Shown here: positions 39,088-53,192 of the stretch, piece by piece
Position numbering within the stretch: position 1 is the first letter of the stretch
Layout of the letters: each line of letters begins with the position of its first letter
DNA from: Octopus sinensis
Taxonomy: Eukaryota
Direction of reading: 5' to 3'
NCBI RefSeq assembly: GCF_006345805.1
Contig: NC_043001.1
Location: 32,178,001-32,242,000 of the forward strand
DNA length: 64,000 bases
Program-made: the position numbers and the translations under genes
The notes under the pieces: model-generated
The model's input: only the letters and a program-made list of their open reading frames with translations
The model's database searches: none
Told to the model about the DNA's origin: nothing

Positions 39088-39146
39088 CATCATCGTCGTC
39101 GTCGTCGTTATCATTATTATTATTATTATATTATTATTATTATTAA

Positions 39147-39311
39147 GGCGGCGAGCTGGCAGAGCACGCCGGGCAAAATTTATGCCGACGTCGACTTTGC
39201 CTTTCATACTTTCGGGGGTCGATTAAATAGATACCAGTTACGGACAGGGGTCAATGTATTCGACCTAATACCTTCACCCAAATTTGAGGCCTTGTGCTTC
39301 TAGTAGAAATG
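39147..39311 (+). mobile_element. SINE family A with internal deletion of the B-box region; (ATT)n flanks
   Basis: Head GGCGGCGAGCTGGCAGA joined to gtcgactttgcctttcat. Confidence 0.75.
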
Positions 39312-39685
39312 ATTATTATTATTACTATCATGATAATAATAATAATAATAATAATGATAATAATAATAATAATAATGATAATAATAATAATAATAATTAC
39401 TACTATTATTATTATTATTATTATTATTATTACTACTTCATTTTCACTCTTTGTTAATTATGAATTTCAGGAAAGCAAGCACTATATTTAGCGATATAAA
39501 AGTTTTTTTTTTTTATTATTATAGCTAATCCATGTTTGGTACTTGCATGTGACTTGTAGCGTTAGCAAAAAATTCGTTGGTGCTCTGTGGATTGTTAGTT
39601 AATATTGTTCTATCATTAAAAAAAAAATCACTTAACATTTTCGACTCTATATTACGTTTTATTTCCCAGGCTTTTTTAAAATTTT

Positions 39686-39923
39686 CTATCTTTTACTTGT
39701 TTCAGTCATTTGACTTCGACCATGCTGGGGCACTTGCTTTGAAAGGTTATTAGTCGAACAAACTGACCCCAGGACATTATTTTTTTAAGGCCTACTACTA
39801 ATTCTAACGGTCTTTTATCTGAACCGCAGATTTACTGGAACGTAAACACACCAACACCGGTTGTCAAGATGTGGTAGGTGACAGTCACAACCAAACACAC
39901 ACACACACACAAACGCGCGCGCG

Positions 39924-39963
<40 letters not shown>

Positions 39964-40112
39964 AACAACGGGCTTTTTCCAGTTTCCGTCTACCAAATCC
40001 ACTCACAAGGCTTTGATCGGACCGAAACTACAGTAGAAAAAAGTTGCCCACGCAATGGAACTGAACCCCAAACCATGTGGTTGGTAAGCAAGCTTCTTAC
40101 CACACAGCCACG
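39686..40112 (-). mobile_element. Composite tRNA-derived SINE (family C) with an internal (TA)/(TG) microsatellite
   Basis: Minus strand: head CGTGGCTGTGTGGTAAGAAGCTTGC..., body, microsatellite at 39895-39963, then 3' half ending AATGACTGAAACAAGTAAAAG. Pieces recur at 50455-50700, 51205-51335, 51365-51420 and 55530-55690. Confidence 0.8.
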
Positions 40113-40871
40113 TGTAAACTTTTAAATTTCTTCGATATTGTGACTAGTGTGTATTCCTATTACCTCTGACGTAGCCATTTTGAGAACCCAACAACGATGC
40201 TTGTCGACTTACCAAAATAATGCAGTTGAAGAAAACAATGTTAACTTTCTTCCATCATATTAAATGGATAGAGAATAAATTATCCGAAATAATTGGATAA
40301 ATACTCGAGAGTGAGAACAAGACAAATATACCCAACTATCCGTCTTGCAATTAATGTATGGGAAAATCACTTTTTTTTTTGTAACGCATTTCCGTAAGGG
40401 AGATGCATTTCCATGCACTTTCAAATGTGATCTCAAAAATAAAATTAATAATAATAACTACGAAAACAAGAACAACAAAGACAGCAACAATAAGAACAAT
40501 AATATAAGTTTCATTATATGTTTGGCTTTTGCTTTGTGTTTATACAAGTTGACTCCAAGTCTCACTCGGAGACTTCAAAAGACAACAAACTGGAAGTTCA
40601 AGCTGGTATTGTGATTAGGGTACAATATGTTTGGTTTTGCACAGAGTATTGTTCTAGAGAATGTCTGACAAAATATAAGAAAATCAAAATAATTTGATGA
40701 TAAGATGATAGTGTGATGTTAAGATGACTGTCGAATTCGTTTGCTATTATGTTCATTTAAAAGTACTTTTGATGTTTACTAATTAAAATGTTTTTAGAAT
40801 CACATAAACAATATTAGCTCCCACGAGCAAGCACTATTTTTTTGAATTTCTTCCATTTTGGGGTTTCTTGT

Positions 40872-41575
40872 ATCAATCAAGCCCTTTTGTTATCATCCTT
40901 AGTGCACCTATGACAACAAGTATTGTTTTAGTCGTGAGGTTCCACATATTGCAAATTTCTGTTTCAAGATCTCTATATTTGATCAGTTTTTGGTAGGTCT
41001 TGACAAACATATTTATGTCGATTGGAGCAGACATGTCAACGAAGAGACATGATTTTTGTCTGAAATCCTTTAACATAGTCTGGTATATTTGCATCTATCT
41101 TTCTGTCAGTTTGAGCAGTAAAGTTTCAAAGGAGTGAGATGTGATCATTTTCAAGCACTGGAGGTGGTTTGTATTTCCACCAGTTTCTATCATGTGGTAG
41201 GTATCCAGGTCCGTGCAAATTACCCAGTGAATATACTGTACTGCTCTATAATGCCAGTTGAGATACTTTGTGGGCACAAGAATGTTGCACATGGAGAGAG
41301 CACGAGCGATGGTTTTAGCCTTTGTTTACACAAACAATATGTTGGGCTATTGCTGTTCATTAAGATGTTGGCCTGATAGTTTCTTGTAGGTAGGCATTCA
41401 TCCTAGGCTGCTATGATTAACCCCTCTGTCTCTGATTTTCAGCCAGAAGACGCTAACCATTAATGAGTAAAGGCTTTGTCGATATCAACATTATTAGCTC
41501 TCTTCAGGTATTTGACATTTGGAGGTTTTCCTTGCCATTTATCGTTGAAAATATCTAGGGCAGCAGTTTAACAAG
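40872..41575 (-). mobile_element. R4/Dong-like LINE fragment (knuckle + RLE)
   Basis: ORF track: YLNWHYRAVQYIHWVIC; KSCLFVDMSAPIDIN...KLIKYRDLETEICNMWNLTTKTILVVIGAL. Confidence 0.82.
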
Positions 41576-41616
41576 GTTTTTCAAACATTTTATTATTATT
41601 ATTATTATTATTATTA

Positions 41617-41665
<49 letters not shown>

Positions 41666-42029
41666 GTAATTATTATTGTTGTTATTGTTTTGTTGTTATT
41701 GTTATTATTATTATCATTATTATTATTATTATTATTGCTGTTGTTGTTGTTGATTTTTTCCTACTGACTTCAAATTTTCTTCCATTTCTCGACGAGTGTT
41801 TTCTGTACACCTGGGGCAGAGAAGCTCTTCGGATGCATTCCCAGATTACACACGCAAATTCCAAGGTAAAATATGTATTTAAAAAAATAAATAAATAAAT
41901 AAATTCATGAATGGATGTTGTTTTCACAGCGATAATGCTCTTCTCTGTACATGAGTCGTTCCAGTTAACGCGATTTTTTGCCCTTCCTGTAGGGATGGTA
42001 AGCCTGGTATCATTTTATAATAGGTTTCA

Positions 42030-42063
<34 letters not shown>

Positions 42064-42190
42064 TGGTTCTTTCTTTTTCTTCTCTCAATTTCGTGTCTAT
42101 TTCTTACCGAGTGTTTCCTTGACATCGAGGACAAAGAAACTCACTGTATACATTGATATGTCATTACAATAAACATGCATTATTATCAAC

Positions 42191-42338
42191 GTCGGGCGAA
42201 ATGCTTAGCATTATTTCACCCGTTGCTGCCTTTCATCCCTTCCGGGTCGATTAGTTAAGTAACTGTGAAACCCTGCAGTCAATGTAATCGACTGTCCCCT
42301 CCTTCAAAATTTCAGGCCTTGTGACTATAGCAGAAAAG

Positions 42339-42340
<2 letters not shown>
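42191..42340 (+). mobile_element. SINE family A, partial, seeding an (ATT)n tract
   Basis: gcctttcatcccttccgggtcga block and family A tail. Confidence 0.7.
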
Positions 42341-42392
<52 letters not shown>

Positions 42393-42445
42393 GTTATTGT
42401 TGTTGTTGTCGTCGTTGTCGTTATCATCATCATCATCATAATTAA

Positions 42446-42488
<43 letters not shown>

Positions 42489-42490
42489 TT

Positions 42491-42525
<35 letters not shown>

Positions 42526-42684
42526 CATTATCAACATCATCATCATCATCATCATCATCATTATCATCGTCGTCATTATTATTATTACAGTTTGTCACAG
42601 GTTCGGTCATATTCCTAGCAGAGATTCTCCGGATAGCGGGTTACTACCTGTGACCTCAGGTGTACACGAGTTTTCTGCAGTCTT

Positions 42685-42739
<55 letters not shown>

Positions 42740-42920
42740 TAATATAAATAATAATAATAATATAAATAATAATAATAATAATAATAATAATAATTGTTAT
42801 TATTATTATTGTTGCTGTTGTTGTTGCTGTTGTTAATGTTGTTGTTGTTGTTGTTGTTGTTATTATTATCATTATTATTATTATTATTATATTATTATTA
42901 TTATTATTATTATTATAAGA
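42340..42920. repeat. Compound trinucleotide arrays (ATT, GTT, CAT, AAT) around a 100-bp unique insert
   Basis: Direct reading. Confidence 0.92.
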
Positions 42921-43850
42921 AACTGATATAATTGTAAAGAACAAGAAGGTAAAGATGTACCTCACATGCGACGAATCTCTCGGAACAAAAAAATCCTACA
43001 TCACTAAAAGAAATAAATGAAATATAGACTTTATACGATCAGAATGGTCCGAAAACAGAGATAATCAAAATATAGGGATTAAAAGCAAATATAGCTTCCA
43101 TATTAATGTTAATCTTTCCCAATGAGCATATTAATACACGATTTAAAAAGGCTAAATGATAAAAAAAAAAAGATGTTGAGTTAATCAGAACGAAAATCCC
43201 TGGGAATATGATTAGGTGGTGTATAGAAATTGAATACAATATACTTTCAAAGTAATAAAAAAAAACAACATAAGTCCAAAACGAGACATTGCCTATTTCT
43301 ATATTGCACATGCCTGCGTTTGGGGATGCAGTGACAGTAGACAATGGAAGCAAGACTGGTGAAAATATGATGAACTATAATAAGTGTCGTCCTGATTGGA
43401 ATATATCTGAGTAAAAGTACAATCGATCGAACTGACCAAATGTATTACTGTGAATTATGCAAGAATAATAGTGACAATGTAGGTCTCCCATAACCTACCG
43501 CTACTAACATAAGGAAATAATCAAGAAGCATTCTCTGTCTCTACTCCTTAATCCCATACTGTCTTTTACACATACACACAAACACACACACACACACAAT
43601 CACTCACACACACACGCGTGCACATACACATACACACACACACACACACAAACACGTACACAGGCACTGACACACACGCATACGCATATACACAGGCAGA
43701 GAGACAGAGACACACAAACACACATACATGTTCCTGTATACGTGCATATGTGTGTGTGTGTGTGTGTTTTGATTTTGACTTGACGAGTTCGATAAACGAA
43801 TGAAAGCGCTAATAAAGAATTATCCAAAATTCTGACTGCCTACTTATCCT

Positions 43851-43883
<33 letters not shown>

Positions 43884-45001
43884 TAGATAGATCGATAGGT
43901 GGATAGATATAGACAAATATAGATAAATGTAGATATATAAACACTAACAACTATCACATACACTCACACACACACATATGTATATTATATACATGTGTGT
44001 GTGTGTGTGTGTGTGTGCGTGTGTGCGATGGGTCGTTTGAAAGAACAACTTAAAATTCAATGTTTCATTTTTTATTTTTGTTAAACGAAATTTCTCGCAG
44101 TTTAGAATAAATAAACGAAAAATAAATAAGGGGGGATGGTCAGAAGAGGATCGCTTTATGGTAGATCTGGTTAGTAAGAGCTGACCTGGGGCTAAACAAG
44201 GACGAATAATACCCACGTTATTAGAACATGCAACATGTTAGAGATAAACAAAACTTCTACCAGAAAGTGTGGAACTAATAAAATTAAAGCTACGTTTAGT
44301 ATTTACGTAATGTTTAATCTACGAGATATTACCTTCTAAGATTTCACTTTCATATCTCTTTGATTACTTTCGGTTAATATTTTTACGTAGAGGACCCTGA
44401 CTTTTAAACCTGGCCAAGTCTAGAAAAGCAAAATCAAAAATATAAAAGTAAAAGAAAAAAAATCAAAAACAACAAAGACGAATGATCTTTCATTCTCAAT
44501 TTAAACTGCCGCTCGCCATTTTGAATATATTATGTTAAGTCATTTGGTAGCTAACTCCACACACAACGCTTAATCAATGTCGTCACTGGGGTGGAACTAG
44601 GGAAACGGGCATTCATCTAGACAGTAACATATTCACACACGAACGGACACACACACACACACACAAAGTCTAATCGCTTTTATAAACGTAGAGGAAAATA
44701 CAGACTATATACAGATGTATATATACGTATGCATTCGTGCATGCATAATATAAACAATAGATAGCCACATAATAATAAATGTATGTATAGAGAAATACGT
44801 ATTTAGAAGCGGAAGAATATGAAAATGTTTACACGCAAACGGAAGAGAGATACTTTTGCGTATATAAAATATAAACTATTGGTATCCGTGCATACATAAG
44901 TGTGCATGCGTGAATGTATATAAAATATACATAAATATATAATATATGCAATATACCTATATATATAATATATAGGTATATAAAATGTGTATGTGTGTGA
45001 T

Positions 45002-45038
<37 letters not shown>

Positions 45039-45393
45039 GCACACATATATGTGTTTGTGTTTCTATGTGTGTATGGCTATATGTCTCTTAGTATGGATGT
45101 ATTTGCATGCGTGCGAATTTATTGATTAATCTTTTTATCATTCCCTCATACACATGCATCCACGTACGCTCCACGCGCACGCGCAACCTGATACACATGC
45201 ACACGCTCTTATCTTAATAACCACATCAACGTATATGTATGCGTGCATGTATACATGCACGTATATATATATAAATGTGTGTGTAGATGTATGTATGTAT
45301 GTATATGTACGTATCTATGAACATGTATTCAATACACGATGTGGTATATATATATATATAAATACATATGTATATATTTAAATATAAATATAT

Positions 45394-45451
<58 letters not shown>

Positions 45452-45848
45452 TATACATGTAGTACGAAGCTGGTTTTTGCACATCCTCGCTACTCAGAGT
45501 TTGTCTTTCGATGTCTCATATCTGACGGTAACATGGATATAAGAATATCTCTGTAACGACGGATGTGATTATCTCTGGATTTATGGGAATTCACTAATAC
45601 AAGACGCCTTGTTGATTTCTCTTCATTGTAGAACGAAGCAATTAATGTTTGGCACTCACAGCGTAAGAGAGAACTATGGCAGATCTGTTTTATTGTAAAA
45701 CTTACTTAAATGTAATTAGTAATGAATATTTTTGCAGCACCGTAGCACATATTTAATTGGAAAGAAACTGAAGTTATCTTTATTGAGAAAATAAAATCTG
45801 TCTAGCAAGCGACAGTACACACACACACGTGTGTCTGTGCGTCTTTTC

Positions 45849-45924
<76 letters not shown>

Positions 45925-46362
45925 AATCTATCTATCTTATTTATCTATCTATATCATACACACACATATATATTGATATCGTATGTACATACACATATAC
46001 ATATATACATGTGTGTGTGTATGCCCACACGTACTTACATATATGCACGTAAATATCTACAAGTTCCCGCTCCTTAATTTGTGTGCACACTCAAAATCCC
46101 CTCCATATTCGTGTTAAATTGAATACAAAACAACTTCAAAATATGGGAGAAAACAGTATTTTATTAATATAGAATTATGGAAACAAAAGAACCACATGTA
46201 AAACTAGTTTGTATTGTTCAACAACATTAGAAGGACAGATCATAAGTGTGTAACTCGTTTGTTTATTACCACGTCTGTGTTTATATTTATAATTATTTTT
46301 ATTTATGAAGAAGCGCTCGTCAGAGAGAATAATTACGAATTTTCGTGATAATGTTGACAATG

Positions 46363-46363
46363 C

Positions 46364-46412
<49 letters not shown>

Positions 46413-46424
46413 AATGATCATTAC

Positions 46425-46457
<33 letters not shown>

Positions 46458-46862
46458 GATGGCAATAATGATGATAACATGACTAGAGACAAATATTATA
46501 ATCAGAATGAATGGTTATAAATAATATTGTTAACAACGATAAGGAAAATAACAGTAATACCAATAATAATAGCACTAACGACAACAACAACAACAGCAAC
46601 AATAATAAAGGTATTAGTAGTAGTAGTAGTAGTAGTAGTAGTACTAGTACTACTACTACTACTACTGCTACTACTAATATTAATAATAATAATATAATAA
46701 TAATAATAATAATGATAATAATAAAAATAACAACAACAATAATAAGTAAAGTAGTAATGTTATTATTGGTAATAATAGTAATAAATAATAACAACAGTGA
46801 CGACAACAACATCAATTATAAAAATAAAATAATAATAATAATAATAATAATGATGGTGGTGG

Positions 46863-46947
<85 letters not shown>

Positions 46948-46950
46948 CAT
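46363..46950. repeat. Compound trinucleotide arrays (GAT, GGT, AAC, TAG/CTA, AAT)
   Basis: Direct reading; includes a 68-bp palindrome at 46612-46679. Confidence 0.92.
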
Positions 46951-47259
46951 GTTGTTAGGATTCAGAGATGATGTTATTACAATGCAATTATTTCTCATAC
47001 AATAGAATTCCTCAGAAATCGACGGACAAGCATTGTAACGAGATACGACAAGTGTGTGTTTATATAGTTTATACAATGTAACTACAGACACACACACGTG
47101 TGTGTGTGTGTACGTGTGTGTGTGTGTGTGTGCATATATAAAGAAATTTAGTACGATAATGAAAATTTCTATATGAATAAATAATATAGTGTATTAAATG
47201 AATATAACATAATCGATTCACCATAATGAAAGATATGCACCCAGTGGGTATTATACTCC

Positions 47260-47380
<121 letters not shown>

Positions 47381-48515
47381 GCAACAACAATAATATATGA
47401 ATAAACATCGTATGTAACAACGGTTGTAAGTACCATAGGTTTGAATACTCTGCACGTACGTCGACAAATTACATGCCTTTATTTGAATGTTGAATAAATC
47501 GCATTTCAGTACACACACACACACACAGAAACACACACACATATAAACACACAGACGCAAAAATACACACGCATACACTTACGCAAACACGCATGCACAC
47601 ATGCGCAGAAACGCATCATACACACGTACATATAACACGTATGTATATGCAGACATATATGCAAATCGAATGTATGTATTTATATGATTTCAAAGTTTAT
47701 AAGTGGATTTTCAATGAATAAAAGTATAAATATTTGTCCGTATACTTGTCTGAAGGGCTTTGCGATATTGTATGTATGTTTTATTTGTGAGGTATTGTGT
47801 ATGCTTATTAATTACGTATTTATAAATTGACTATACAGCGATGCTGCTTTTAAAAATGTAAACACTTTAAGTCGATCGTTATAAAACGGAAGTGATATTG
47901 ATACGCTCTCCGGTGGAAGAGAACAGCTTAAGTGGGAAGAAGTGGCTGCACAAGTAACGTGATCAAGACAAAATGTCAGTGGAAACTTCTTAGCCATTCA
48001 TCAAAGAGTGTGTGTATTTGGGTACACAAAGAGTAATATACAGCTATACGAATCCCATCATACACACATACACGCTCACACCTGCTCAAGCTCATACACA
48101 CACGCACAGCCAGAGAAGACATAAATATATAACACACGCATATTCATAGGATCTTTAAATATGTATAATAAGTACGCAAATATTAAAGGCTTTGTTACGT
48201 AAATAAATTGCAATATATTCACTCCTACATATTGTTTATGGTTTTAGATGCTTTTAATATAGAAGTGTGTCGCGAGTACCTAAAGCTACGTGTCACATAT
48301 ATATTGGAAAAATTACTTTTCATACTACATTCATATATGTATATACATATACATACACGCATGCACACACATATCCATGTGTATGTGTGCCTTGTACGTA
48401 TGCCCATATAGATAAGTGTGCATGTGTATTAACTTACATACATGCATATATGTGTGTGTATATGTGGACTTCTTGTATGTTTCTGTATATTCAAGTATGT
48501 ATGTATATATGTATG

Positions 48516-48589
<74 letters not shown>

Positions 48590-50896
48590 GTTATTACGAA
48601 CGAATTTAAATCGTATTCAATACACACTAAGTCTGCTACATCAGACTTCAACTCTGGAACAAAAAAGAAAAAAATATACAAAGAAAAAACCCCCCACCAA
48701 AATACGAGATATTACAAAATATCAAATATCTCGTGTTTTTCCCTTTATTATACTTGTCGGAGACACATTTATACCTATCTCCCTATGGCTTTCATTATGT
48801 GTCTGTAATAGCCATTGTCAAAGCAGATGGCCACTAGTTTCTAAAATATGAGTAATTCTTCGATACATATCGTTAGGAATATACGAGGGGAGGGGATCTC
48901 AAGATGGTCGTTCATGTTGTTAGATATCGTATCCAAATATCCCTTAAACATACCCTACCGCATCAAGAAATAGGTGTAATAATTTGAATAATGTAGTCCT
49001 AGATATCTTTAGAATGACGGTATGTTTACTGGTGGAATGTCTCTGAATCAAGGGTTTGTCGACCCGGTGTTAAACAGCGACAATGATAACAATAACAAAG
49101 TCTAATTACTGAGTTACTTTGCGACCCGATCTTCATTTAATTAAGCTTGGTTAATTTATGAATGTCACATTTTCATACATAGCATTCCTTTATAAACATA
49201 CCGTCCTGCGGGCTAATAGAAAGAAAGATATACTTTGGTACACCTGCAGAAATATTAAATCAGTGATGATAGATTTTCCAGCTTACACCTGGTGCACGTT
49301 ATACACACACGCATGCACATAAACACATGTGTGTATGTGTATATTCCTATTTTAATTTTTTTGATATAAAGTCTATTTGAAATCTATAAAATCAAAAGAT
49401 CAATAGTTTTTATCAACCCATTTTCTCGTTGAAAAGCTGAGACTGAAACAATAAACAATAAAAATCGAAAACAATTACGTCATCATCAAGTTTTGCGTGG
49501 CTGGTACGAGATACTGCACCCCTCCCCGCCACCATATGCTGATGGATTCAGTGAGTCTCTTGCCAACATACGTTGGCTGTCTGTCTCCCACCGTGTTGTC
49601 GAAGCGAACTAAAGAGTAATCAAAGTGAAAATATTTCCCTTCATGTTTGTATTTCTCAACTGTTCGAAAATAAATTTGTCCTTACAGTATAGCTTTTCCC
49701 TCGATAAAAGTATCTACGTATGAATTTAAGTAAAAATTTAAGGGCTACAGGTTCGGCTTAAATGACAACGCAAAGAATTATTTCAATACTGAATAGTGAT
49801 TAGTTCTTTGTCTCACATATATTTTTTAAAATCTGCATCTATATACGAAAACTTTCTTCCTTCATATACACACGCACGAATGAAAGGAGTTTATTTATGA
49901 GACTAATTTTTCAATTCAGTTTCATAAGTAAGTCTTAAATTAAAAATCGCCAGTTTATATTAAGCAAGATTTTTGCATAGAAAAAAAGAAAAAGTATAAA
50001 AATTAATTTTTGTGTAGCTGAAATTTTCCCGCAGTGATTGAAATCTAGATTAAGATGTCTAAATAAAAGAATTTGTTTCATAAACTACATTCCTACAGAA
50101 TTACATCTAAATACCTGTTTGCTTCGGACAGCACAATCATACATACGGATTAAAAATAATGGGAAATAGAGGGAAATTAGATGCGAGTGAGTGTTGGCTC
50201 ATAACTCTGTGACGTTTAGTTACTTCCCTTTATATTTTGAGTTCAAATTTCGCAGGTGCCAGCTTTGTTTCTTAGCATTCTGAAACCAGGTAAAATATCC
50301 ACTAGTGATATATTGGGGGCGGGCTCAAGTCGATTTCTTCTATCGTTCGTGATAAAGTTAGATATCACTTATAATCTACACCAGTTTTTAGTCTACAATT
50401 TTTTATTTTATGGAAAATGCTTTCATTAATTTTCAAATTAGTAAACTTATTTATATATATTTTAATTGTTTTAGTCATTAGACTGCGGCCATGCTGGGGC
50501 ACTGCCTTGAAAGGTTTTAGCCAAACGAATCGACCCCTGTCTTTACATGTTTTAAAACCTAGCAGTTATTATATCATCTCCTTTTGCCGAACCGCTATGA
50601 TAAAAGGACATAAACAAACCAACACTGGTTGTCAAGCGGTTGCAGAGGATAAATCCACACACACACATACACACACACACACATACACACACACGTACAT
50701 ACGTATATACATGTGTGTATATATACACACACACGTGTAAATCATAAATCCGAAAGAGAAGCACTCTACGTTATAGAGCAGTAGAGTAATAAGATACATA
50801 CAGATATGGCCAGTCTGCGTGGTTACCATGGGTTTCACGTCCACAAAGCGCTTAGCTTTACAGAATCTCTTCAAACCCTAATGGTTGGTGGCTTGA

Positions 50897-50929
<33 letters not shown>

Positions 50930-50931
<2 letters not shown>

Positions 50932-51090
50932 CAATCCAAACGTGAACAAGCAAACAAAAGCAACAACGCGAGGACGTGGTACAAGTAGTGTGTTATTAGA
51001 GGCTCAGAAAAAGAGGACTTCACGTTTCGAGCGGAGCTCTTCACCAGAAATATAGAAAAAGTCCAAAGAAGGGAAGACAGAGAAATAAAA
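50930..51090 (-). mobile_element. Single diverged copy of the hammerhead-bearing repeat found at 29593-29964
   Basis: caacaacgcgaggacgtgg...cgtttcgagcggagctcttc...ccaaagaagggaagacagag; core mutated to CTGGTGA. Confidence 0.75.
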
Positions 51091-51574
51091 ACGTCAACGT
51101 TATACACGCGGTCACATATTGAATATATATATATATTTATACATATATATAATTTTTTTCAGAATGAGATAAAAATCTAAGGCTGTTTTAGAACATTTAT
51201 ATTTCAATTTCTTTCTATCAAATCCACTCACAAAGGTTTGGTCCACCGGGAACATTAGTGGAAGACACTTGCCCAAGTCCACGCAGTGGCACTCAACCCG
51301 GTGTAGAGTGGTTGCAAAGCGAAATTCTTGTCACTCGCTTGCACCTATCCTGAGAAGACGTACCTGAATTGCATGGCCGCAATCAAATGACTGAAACAAG
51401 TAAAGTACAAGAATAAAAAGGATATACATACATACATACCTACATGTTTGGGACAGAGGGGCATGGTATGTACTGTCATAGAGGTCAGCTGCTTTGCAGA
51501 TATAAATAGCTCTTTGAAAATCAAAGAAAAATAGGATATATATGGACAATTACTTCGAAACCTCTAGCTTCCAT

Positions 51575-51765
51575 ATCCAGACTATGAATTCATATTTATA
51601 CCAATAATAATTGAAGCACTAGGTTTTGTTAGTAAATGCTTAAAGGAGAATATGGATAAACTGGGCTTTTCAGAAAGAGAAATCGACCGGCTAATTCGTA
51701 CATTACAAGTGCAATCTGTGAGTGGAACAGTAAAAATATGCAAGACTTTTCTCAATTCCAAATGT
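51575..51765 (+). mobile_element. RLE-type LINE extreme 3' fragment
   Basis: YEFIFIPIIIEALGFVSKCLKENMDKLGF...LQVQSVSGTVKICKTFL. Confidence 0.65.
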
Positions 51766-52787
51766 GAATTTGTCTGTGTTAACTACATCCCAAAGATGGA
51801 CCCTTGTATCTTTGATGGAAACCGGCTCCCTCTCCTCAATGGAAGATTTATAATAATTAAAAATAGAATTGGCATACATAATAATACATACATACATATG
51901 CACATACATGTATATGTGTGCATGTGCGTGCGTATGCGCGTATGAAGTTGTAAATATGTGAACTAAATTATGACAATTGACCAAAGCATTCACGCAAATA
52001 TACCATTAGTATTCACATTCAAAATTGGTTCAAGATTACTTTAAAACAGCCGTATCCAATACGTTCATAATTCTAATGATCCTAGGTGAAATTTGAGTAA
52101 GTATATGGCTGATATTTCTAGTAAGCACATATCCCTAATTGGTATGAATATTCTTCACAATGAAATAATAGATGTTATGAAATTAAATCGTGAAAATGTT
52201 TTAAAAAGGCACAGCACCGTATTTGAGAAATAAAGATTAAAAACTATAATACTCATCCTTGCGAGTTTAAACATGAACACCTCATTTATCTGAAGGGATG
52301 TCTTGCCTGGGGTGTATTTATTAGGATTGTTTTGAAATATTTCACTTGCAACATAGCAATGGCATCTAAATTGTTTTTAGAAAACCTTGTCTTAAGCTTG
52401 TTAGATAATGAGTCATTCTTTAATCTGTCTTGTGAACTATATTATAAGGATTTATTTCTGCTATTTGACAGGTGTAATCCGTAAATAAATAAAGTCGCAT
52501 TCTGTTACTCAATCCCTTGGATTTTCACATTTGATTAACTTCTTTACCAAACGAAAACGTTTTCGAATCTTACCTTCTACAATACTATGGAGATATTTTT
52601 TTTTCTTTAATCAAGTAATACTAATAATTCTTTGGACCGGTTTAATCTTCATTTTAATCCTATTGGGGAATAAACTGAAGTACCAGTGATCTACAGTGGC
52701 AAAATTCATTTGGACTGTGACTCTTCTCAACAATTATCTGTTTTCATTAGAAATTTATGCTGTGCATACTATAATGGCTGAACTAAT

Positions 52788-53192
52788 TTCATTTCAATTT
52801 TTTGCACAAGGCCAGCAAGTTCAGAGAAGGGGATAAGCCGATTACATTTACCCCAGTGCTCAACTGGTACTTATATTATAACCTCCGAAAGGATGAAAGG
52901 TGAAGTCGACCTCGGCGGAATTTGAACTCAGAACGTCAAGACGGGCGAAATACCTATTTCTTTACAACTCACAAGGGGCTAAACACAGAGGGGACAAACA
53001 AGGACAGACAAACGGGTTAAATCGATTATATCGACCCCAATGCGTAACTGGTACTTATTATTTAATCGACTCCGAAAGGATGAAAGGCAAAGTTGACCTC
53101 GGCGGAATTTGAACTCAGAACGTAACGGCAGACGAAATACCGCTAAGCATTTCGCCCGGCGTGCTAACGATTCTGCCAGCTCGCCGCCTTAC
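52788..53192 (-). mobile_element. Family A SINE dimer bounded by one 14-bp TSD
   Basis: ATGGCTGAACTAAT at 52774-52787 and 53193-53206; a full copy (52951-53189) is fused to a head-truncated copy (52790-52950). Confidence 0.85.

Noticed and set aside
44514-44522. YY1-type CGCCATTTT motif as a promoter
   Set aside because: Isolated motif without CpG enrichment or companion motifs.
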